Assembly: GCA_964016885.1 (NCBI GenBank)
Contig: OZ024754.1
Coordinates: 45,384,001-45,448,000, forward strand
DNA length: 64,000 nucleotides
Reading direction: 5' to 3'
Source of the DNA: Eledone cirrhosa
Lineage: Eukaryota
Under the pieces are notes generated by a model, which saw only the letters and a list, made by a program, of their open reading frames with translations, made no database searches and was not told the DNA's origin. The position numbers were made by a program, and so were the translations under genes. Below are positions 54,561-64,000 of this stretch, in pieces; positions within the stretch are counted from its first letter, which is position 1; each line of letters opens with the position of its first letter.

Positions 54561-55905
54561 TTTGTGTGTATGTAGTAGAAAAAATTTGTTTGAGAGGAAA
54601 ATCGACAGAATATCCCCCCGTATTGTATATAGATATATTTCCGGTTGGTATGAAGTGTAATGTGTTAAGGTGATGTGAGTGAAATAAAGAAGAAGCTGGT
54701 GAATGTGGTTGTTTCTAAGAAATACGAAGAAGGAAATGGAATCGGAGAATTTCTCAGGAGAATGAATGATATCGAATGAAATCAAGAAGATTAAATTTGG
54801 AATAAAATATATCCAGACGAACAAAACATATGTGGGGAAATTAATCTGTTTTGATTATTGTGAAAGAAAGAAGGGCGACGGATAGTGAATGAAATTGTCA
54901 GTCATTTTGACTAGGAGAAAAATAAGAATTAGTGAGAGAACGACAAAGAAATACTGTAAGTGTGAGAGGGTAAGAGAGGAACAGAATGATTTTTTAGATT
55001 GAGAGAACCGCGGAGATGGAAAGTGCCAATCGTTAGTGAGGGAAAACGGAGAAAAAATGGTGGGAACAACAACTTTAATAACATTCAGAAAATAATAGAA
55101 ATGAAAAAATATATATATATATATATATATTTATATAGATAGCTATAGATATAGATAGATAGATAGATAGATATAGATATACCCATCTCTCTTTATTTAA
55201 GCATGTGTATATGTGTTTGTATGTGTATATTTACAACGGTGAGAATAGATAAATTGATAAAGTTAGAATGATGTGGGTGGAGGGGAGCTTCGGAAATAAG
55301 AATAAACGAAACAGGAAATTGAAAGAAAGAATATTAAATTTCGTTAATTTAATCCCTAAAATATATACTTTAAATGGACAATGTAAGGAAAGACACAAGA
55401 ATAACTTGAAAAGAAATTGCGCTACATATAGAGGTGCCTGTGGCCAATTCCATTCCCCATGTGGGAGTATGTTACCTGCTTTACTCCCAGCTATTAAGTA
55501 TCAACTATAGCGACTGACGATTACTACTATTATTTTCTCCGTTTGAGAATCCCACATTTTCAAATTTATAACTCACAACTTGTAAGTGTCGTTTCCTTCA
55601 ACCTATGACACAGCGCCAAGAGGTTTTGTTTAATATCCAAAAATACACGAAGTAAAAGGTTACCATTGTCCCGCACACGTATGTGTTTACCAGCGATGTT
55701 GGTGTCACCCCTTTGAGGCAGGATCTGGCCCTTTTTTCCATTCGTCTAGGGTGATTTTACCCAATTTACTTACTTTTGTTACCTATTATATATAGCGATC
55801 GATTGTACATACAGTTTTTTCTGTGTTTAAAAATCTCACATTTTCAAATATCAATTTTAAATCTTCCAGTGCTTCGTTGTTGAATTATATATATATATAT
55901 ATATA

Positions 55906-56280
55906 GTTAAAAGAATAGAGGTGTAACACACAAGTTATTATATATTGGTAAACGGAATAGAAAATGCTGACAAATTGTTCACAGTTGAAAAATGGTTTAA
56001 TTAGGAATAAAAGAGTATTAGTGATTGTATGGCTTAGTATTCAGTTGTGGTTTTAAGTTTTTAAGTTTTTACCGGTTATCAGAGCAAACAGCACGGACAC
56101 ACTATCTCAAAATTATTTTTGAAAAGCATTTAGAAATGCGCAACCGGTAAAAACTTAAAAACTTAAAACCACAACTGAATACTAAGCCATACAATCACTA
56201 ATACTCTTTTATTCCTAATTAAACCATTTTTCAACTGTAAACAATTTGTCAGCATTTTCTATTCCGTTTACCAATATATA
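55906..56280. mobile_element. Fold-back element F (~137-bp arms, 64-nt spacer with decayed hammerhead)
   Basis: Arms 55941-56077 and 56142-56278 with one mismatch. TA tracts on both sides. Confidence 0.88.
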
Positions 56281-56999
56281 TATATATATAATATATATAT
56301 ATAATATATATATATAATATAATATATATATAATATATATATATAATATAATATATATATAATATATATATATATAATATATATATATATAATATATATA
56401 TAATATATATATATATAATATAATATATATATAATATATATATATAATATATATATATATATAATATATATATATAATATATATATATAATATATAATAT
56501 ATATATATAATATATATATATATATAATTCTAAGGACATGATTTATGATATATATATACGTATATATATATATGTGTGTGTATGTATATATATATACATT
56601 TATATATATATGTATGTATTTATGTGTGTATGTGCGTATGTGTGTATGTGTGTGCAAGTATGTGTGCTCGCACGCACGGGTGTGTGTCTATGTGTGAGTG
56701 TGTTGGGATATTGTGAAGGCGTAAATTAAATATGAGTGAGTGAATTCAGGTGAAAATATTGCTATACATATATACGCATATGTCAATAAATGTGGACAGA
56801 GGAAATAAAAAGATAAAACTATAATAGAAATATAACAGCCGACGGGTAATCTTGTTTCATAATTGACGTATAATAGGAAAAATACTTTAACATTCAATGA
56901 GTAAACGTGAAGTAAGCGACATTGCTTGAAGAGCCAGCGGGAGGAAACTATTAGTAATTATATAAATTGAAGGAATTACCAACTATCCATTTATTCTTG

Positions 57000-57838
<839 letters not shown>

Positions 57839-58207
57839 CTTATAAGACTTGATTAAGCAGATCTCCTCTAAAACCTATGACAACCTTGTTTTATATTTAC
57901 GTATTGGACAATTACGTTTCCTTTATCTCAATGCATTACCTTTATCTCAATGCATTATACAAAGTAATCTCACATTTTATAATATAATCATAGTATAAAT
58001 CTGATATCCCATAGGACGTGTAGAATTTCATAATTATTTGGCTGCTATCTTTCGAAGGCTTAATGAGCATCTTTCACAACTTTGTCCCTGGTTTTTCAGG
58101 CCTGACTCCTCTGCACTAGCAAGCCACGAGTAGCAGGCTCAACATGTCCCTTTCGCCCCATTTAAATAAGCTGCTACTATCTTTAAATATTTTGTATGAG
58201 TATACCG

Positions 58208-58630
58208 ATATCTTTGCTATTGTATGGATGTGAACGCTGGACATACAATGAGGAAGTGAACCGGAGAATCACCGCGTTTCAGATGAAATGCTATCAAACA
58301 ATTGTTGAGGTGATAGTATGAAACAATTAAACCAATGAATTTGTTCGGAAAGAAATAGAGAAAAAACACTGGTGTAGATTAGAAATTCCTGCTAAATATA
58401 GCAAAGGATCGCAAGCAGAAGTATCTTGGACATGTGGTGAGACAACGCAAAGAATTGAGACTGGCGAGCATTGTAATACAAGACACATTCCGTAGCTTCC
58501 AGTGTAGCCATGGGGTTTTGTGGGTTTTTTAGAGGGAAAACCTCTGAGGTCTACTCTTGTTGAGGTGTTAGGTATTAGGGGTAAGGAAGTGCTAAGAAGG
58601 TGCTGGATAAGCGACATCTACGAATGGATT
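58208..58630 (+). pseudogene. RTE-clade LINE 3' fragment
   Basis: ISLLLYGCERWTYNEEVNRRITAFQMKCYQTI, TNEFVRKEI, KQKYLGHVVR, RRCWISDIYEW: the RTE C-terminal motifs LLYGxExW / AFEMWCYRR / TNEEV / YFGHVMR / RWxDDIxxW, with frameshifts. Confidence 0.85.
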
Positions 58631-58719
58631 AACAAGAGGTCCTGGCAGGTTATCTGAATGGAGAAGGACAGGACTATTCGAAAGAAATCACAGAGGGAAT
58701 ACACGGGAACTTGGGGTCT

Positions 58720-58902
58720 AATGATTTCTACTTTAAGCACGAGACCAGTAATTTGAAGGGGAGGAGAAAGTCGATTAAATCGACCCCAGTGCATTACTGG
58801 TGCTTTATTTTATCGACCCCGTAACGATGATAGGCAAAGTTATCCTTGGTAGGATTTGACCTCATAACGTAAAGGGCCGTAACTCTATGCTGAAAAGCAT
58901 GG
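58720..58902 (-). mobile_element. SINE family 1 (long form)
   Basis: Contains the extra segment GAAGGGGAGGAGAAAGTCGATTAAATCGACCCC before the core. Confidence 0.88.
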
Positions 58903-59179
58903 ATAATAATAAGGAATATGATGATGAAAGTTCTAGATTCTTATTTAAGGGAGATTTTGGATAATTTGCCTTGAATAATGAGTGGTCTCATAGAACATCG
59001 TCATTGACTCATGTCAGTTATTGTTGCCCCAATAGATTGCCCAAGACTTCGCATTGCCGCAGTGCACTCTATGACCTCAAATTGTTTCATGGATGCTAAT
59101 ATTAATATTATTTTTTAATATTAAGGTCACATCCTTGTTGGATAGCTACGCTTTTATATATTTTACAGACATACACACA

Positions 59180-59234
<55 letters not shown>

Positions 59235-59686
59235 TATATATATATACATATGTATATATATACATACATATATAGTGTTCTCTTTTCCTGATATTACTTT
59301 GTAATACATGCCGCCATTATGTTGTAACTGACAAAATTTCTCTATGTTTCTTTGTTCCTAAGATAATTTTTTGTTTAATGTATTTTTGTGTCTATCTTTA
59401 ACTTGTTTAATCTTCTATAGAATCATCTAAGGATTCTCCCAAATAGTTCATTATATATAAAGAAATATTCACAGTTTTCAAAGAGCTTAATACAGCGTCT
59501 CTTTATTTGTATTTCTTCTCTTAATCTCTCTAATAATAAATGAAATATTATTTCATATTCTCATTGTTGTTATATTTTCAAAATTTATTTGAATTTTCTA
59601 TATCTATTTCGTATAATGATTTCTCTTGCTTTTTCTCGATATATAAATACATGTGTATCTATCTATCTATCTCTATATATCTATAC

Positions 59687-59752
<66 letters not shown>

Positions 59753-59858
59753 GTGAGTGTGTATATGTCTGTCTGTGTATGTCTGTGTATGTATGTATAT
59801 ATATATATATATTATATATACCTATCTATGCATATATATATAAATATATACCTATCTA

Positions 59859-59939
<81 letters not shown>

Positions 59940-60175
59940 GAGTTAAACAAGATTCAATGAGTACATCAAAGAATGAGTTTTACAGTAGATTGGAAGCAGT
60001 CAACAGTAAAATAATTTTCCAAAGTTATTAATATTAAAATACAAATATTAATAAAATATATATATATATACCTCTCTATGCATATATCTATTTATTTATT
60101 TATCTTTACTATCCATCCATATGTCTATCTATCAGCCTATGTCTCTCTATCTCTGTTATCTCTGTCTCTATCTTT

Positions 60176-60245
<70 letters not shown>

Positions 60246-61164
60246 GTCGTTATTTTGAAATATATTGAAATATCGTCTAGATACTTACTACCTAACTTGC
60301 GTTTCGATAATAGTTCGCCTTTTATTACTCAGTCAGAGTAAGTAAGCAAGACCTCCGATGACGAGCCTGATGAGCAGAAGTGAGGAACAATTCAGGTTAA
60401 TAACCTGTCACAAATAATTACGTCACATTCTACTCAACCTAAGATAAACTGGCAAGGTGATAGTGGTAAACAAACAGAACGATTAAGTATAATTCACCAA
60501 AACCAGAAATAACTTCACTGATGCGCTTCCATTGTGGATTTCATTGTATAATTTAACCTATCCTTATTTCGTTCGTATTAATTACTTTCGCTTCTATTAA
60601 TTACCTTCGTTTCTTTTAATTACTATTCATGATGCTCTGACACTGATTAGCACCTCCTAATTCTCGTTCACTGTGAGATAATTCAGATGATGAACACTGA
60701 ATATGCGGCTTCATGTTACTTCTATCTAAATTATTTGCAAATGTGTCGTAATGTGTTTGTTTCGGTTTTTGTTTTCCATTTCACACCTGTTTGGAGAATC
60801 TTCACGTCTGTATCTCTTATTTTTTAATCATACAGATTACGGTCTCTGCCATATCCTTTAGTTTGTGTATTTAAAAACACAATTGAAGATAAATTTGATT
60901 AAACATAAAGCAATAACAAAGACACAAGTCAGGAGAACTAACATCTCTATGGCACATCGACATTCTAGCTATATGAACCACATCTATCACAAAATCACAC
61001 CCAATTGACTTTTAGCAAAAAGGAATGATATATTTGACTTTGTAATATAAATTATACGATGTCTCCCTTCTTTCAGTATAGATTCTATTGTTACAGGTGG
61101 TATAATTTTGATCATCGGTCTAATCCGGTTGCCTATATCATATTAAGCACAACTACATGTGAGG

Positions 61165-61308
61165 CGTCGAGGTGTTCTTTATGAGCCCACAATTCCAAGT
61201 GAGGTATTGCGTTCTATGTAGGGTTACAACTCCATCTGAATCGTTGAGATGGTCTCTATAGGCCCACATCTCCAAGGGAGTCGTTGAGGCTTTCTTATGT
61301 GGGCTTCG
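61165..61308. repeat. Diverged ~38-bp minisatellite, about 4 units
   Basis: Recurring GAG..TT(C)TATG..GCCCACA..TCCAAG..GA(G/A)TCGTTGAG pattern. Confidence 0.5.
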
Positions 61309-62125
61309 GAATCTTTTAGATCTTTATTTGTAAGATGTTTTATGATATACATATGTATCGGGCGGAAGAATTATACAAATCAAAAGTGGAAGACAAACTA
61401 ACAATTATGCTCATCATAATAGTCATTATCATCATCACCACCATCATCATCATCATCATCGTTATCAACTCCATCACATTCATCATCATTATCAACTCCA
61501 TCACATTCATTATCATTATCATAACCATTATCCTTAAGACGAGGCTCATTAGATTTATTTTGTCACATTTGTAAAATTCAATTATATTTATGTTTGTTTA
61601 TTTTCTATTTATTTTTTTGTAGTTTTGAACCATAGACATTTACTGTGACTATGGGAGTACATCCTACGCTAGAGCTCATCTAGAAGAAGAAATTTAGAGA
61701 ACGGTGCGGTGTTCTGTTAAAGAAAGCGTTATTCCCAGTATTACGATTTAATAAAACCTAATGAAATGATGATAACTCGAAATAACATTATTAGTCTGGT
61801 CAAATTTAAATAGCTTCAATATTCTTTTTGTCTTTCTACTTTCATTGTCATGAGATTTCCATTTTTTTAGTTGTTTGTTTCCATGTGCTTTTTCCATTCT
61901 TAAGATTATTTGTCTTCTCTTTCCCAACATTTATTATTAAAATAATTTAATTATTAGAAATATTTGACCAAAATCTAATATAATTTTAAGAACTTTCCTA
62001 CTCATTCTATATTTAAATTATTATTTTTTCTGTCTCTATTTAAAATGACTTCTTTTCTATATTTTTCTTCCTTCAGTATTATAATTTCAAAGATGTCTTC
62101 GAGTGTATATGTATGTGTATGGGTG

Positions 62126-62207
<82 letters not shown>

Positions 62208-62252
62208 GACATACACACAGACATACACACACTCGCACAGGCTCACACACAA

Positions 62253-62355
<103 letters not shown>

Positions 62356-62734
62356 CACTAGTGAAAAAGATATATATAATTTAAAATAAAAGAAAGGAAA
62401 GAATAAAATACCAGAGATATGTAATTGTAGAAGGTATATAAAGAGATATTGGGAGTATCATCTCAGACAAATTGATATATAATCATACTGATGTAGAAAT
62501 ACCACAGGTTGTGGCTTTAAAAGTGGTAGGTGTATCAAGGAAGGAAAACTATTGGATATTCTTGGATATTCTAGATCGAAACACCATACAACAAAGTCCA
62601 TGTTAATATCGTCATATGCATTCATACACATACGTGTGTATACATACACACACGCACACACACATATATATATATATATATATACATATATATAAATATG
62701 TGTATATATATATATATATGTATATATTATTATG

Positions 62735-62797
62735 AAGGGCGGTGCCCCAGCATGGCCTCAGCCGGATGGCTGAAACAGGTAAAAGAGTAAAAGAGTA
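62735..62797 (+). mobile_element. SINE/LINE 3' tail fragment
   Basis: GGCGGTGCCCCAGCATGGCC..AGCC..ATGGCTGAAAC followed by a (GTAAAAGA)n tail, inserted in (TA)n. Confidence 0.65.
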
Positions 62798-64000
62798 TAT
62801 ATATATACTTACATATATATATATATATAGATTGTCTTTAATGGATTAATTGTGCCAGCTGGACAATCAGATAATATAAAATAGAGAGAGAGAAAAGAGC
62901 AGTCAGAGAGGGAGAGAGAAGGAAGGTGGAGCAGGGAGAGAGGGAGAGACAAGGAAGGTGGAGCAGGGAGAGATAACGAAAAGCAGATATAATAATGCCA
63001 GAAATAAACTGCATCCCTCCATGTCTTAGCTTAAAGTTCAGAATTTGATTTAATTGCTCCGTAGAAACTGTCATCATATTCTCTCGCACGGCTTTATATT
63101 GTTTATCTGATGTCGCTAAAAAATATCTGATTAATGCGAACGCCAGCGTATACAGACGTACCTTACATACAGTATATATTGGCTGTAAATGCTAATATAT
63201 CTTTATACACAAATACACTGAACTGTGCTCATTTATCCATAATAACATATATATACATACATACGTACATATATACATACAGAAACAGAAAGAACACGAC
63301 TAGTTAGGAAATTACAAGTACAATCCATTAATGGAACAGTAAAAATATGTAACACATTGCAAACATTCTGCATCTATTAACTGCATATACACATGTACAG
63401 ATGCAAAGCATATGCATAGGCACACATATAACTCAAAACATCCTCATCCACACATACAATGACATCCATACTTGCACACACACATGCATGCAGATATGCA
63501 TACAGACATGCATACATTACCTAGTTTATGTTGTTTAAATTCCAATTAGAGAGTCTTGTGTCTGTTAGAAGCCGACGCTCTCTCTCTCTCTATCTATCTA
63601 TCTCTCTATTGGTACACAATTATAAAATTATAAAACAAGCAGAACATAGATACGCATATACATATATACCGACATACATACATGCAGACACACATACATA
63701 CATACATACATGAATATATGCATTTATGAATGCATGCATAAGTACATATATTTATACATATAGAGAGTGAAGGACAGGCAGACAGTCAAACAGAGAGTTA
63801 TTCATTCATACAAATAATATTATATAATAGACGGATTCCGGTGATGAGTGTGTCAGTTGTTTAATTCTAGGAACAGTCTTCTAATGCAATCAACTGTATG
63901 TGGCTGACTATTTCAGAGAACAGAATCTCTTGCATTCTTAAACAATTTTCAGCACCAAGTCTGGTCCATTTTAAACACGGCAACACAATTGTTTAAACAA

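Noticed and set aside
60370-60400. CTGATGAGC motif
   Set aside because: No properly placed GAAA and only a 2-bp stem II.

Overview
Eukaryotic, very AT-rich, microsatellite-saturated non-coding DNA. The SINE families and (TA)n/(CA)n/(GA)n density point to an octopus genome (inference). No host protein-coding gene can be supported, and nearly all supplied ORFs are translations of simple repeats. The one real long ORF (49180-50472, minus) is a 5'-truncated Penelope-like element (PLE) RT + GIY-YIG endonuclease. The window also holds about 14 copies of one tRNA-derived SINE, copies of a second CORE-like SINE, decayed fragments of RTE, CRE and probably R4/Dong non-LTR retrotransposons and a hAT-like transposase, two TIR/fold-back elements, and a 200-N gap. 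The most striking signal is a set of short (140-480 bp) non-coding, asymmetric fold-back elements sitting in (TA)n tracts. Their apex lies in or just upstream of a hammerhead ribozyme (HHR) motif, they are often flanked by long duplications of the target microsatellite, and three families share a GTATTGAGTAC motif 43-47 nt from the repeat junction. One canonical minimal type I hammerhead lies at 24812-24856 (minus). HHRs and inverted termini in PLEs are established knowledge. The shared architecture, motif and long duplications are what I read from this sequence and need genome-wide testing.
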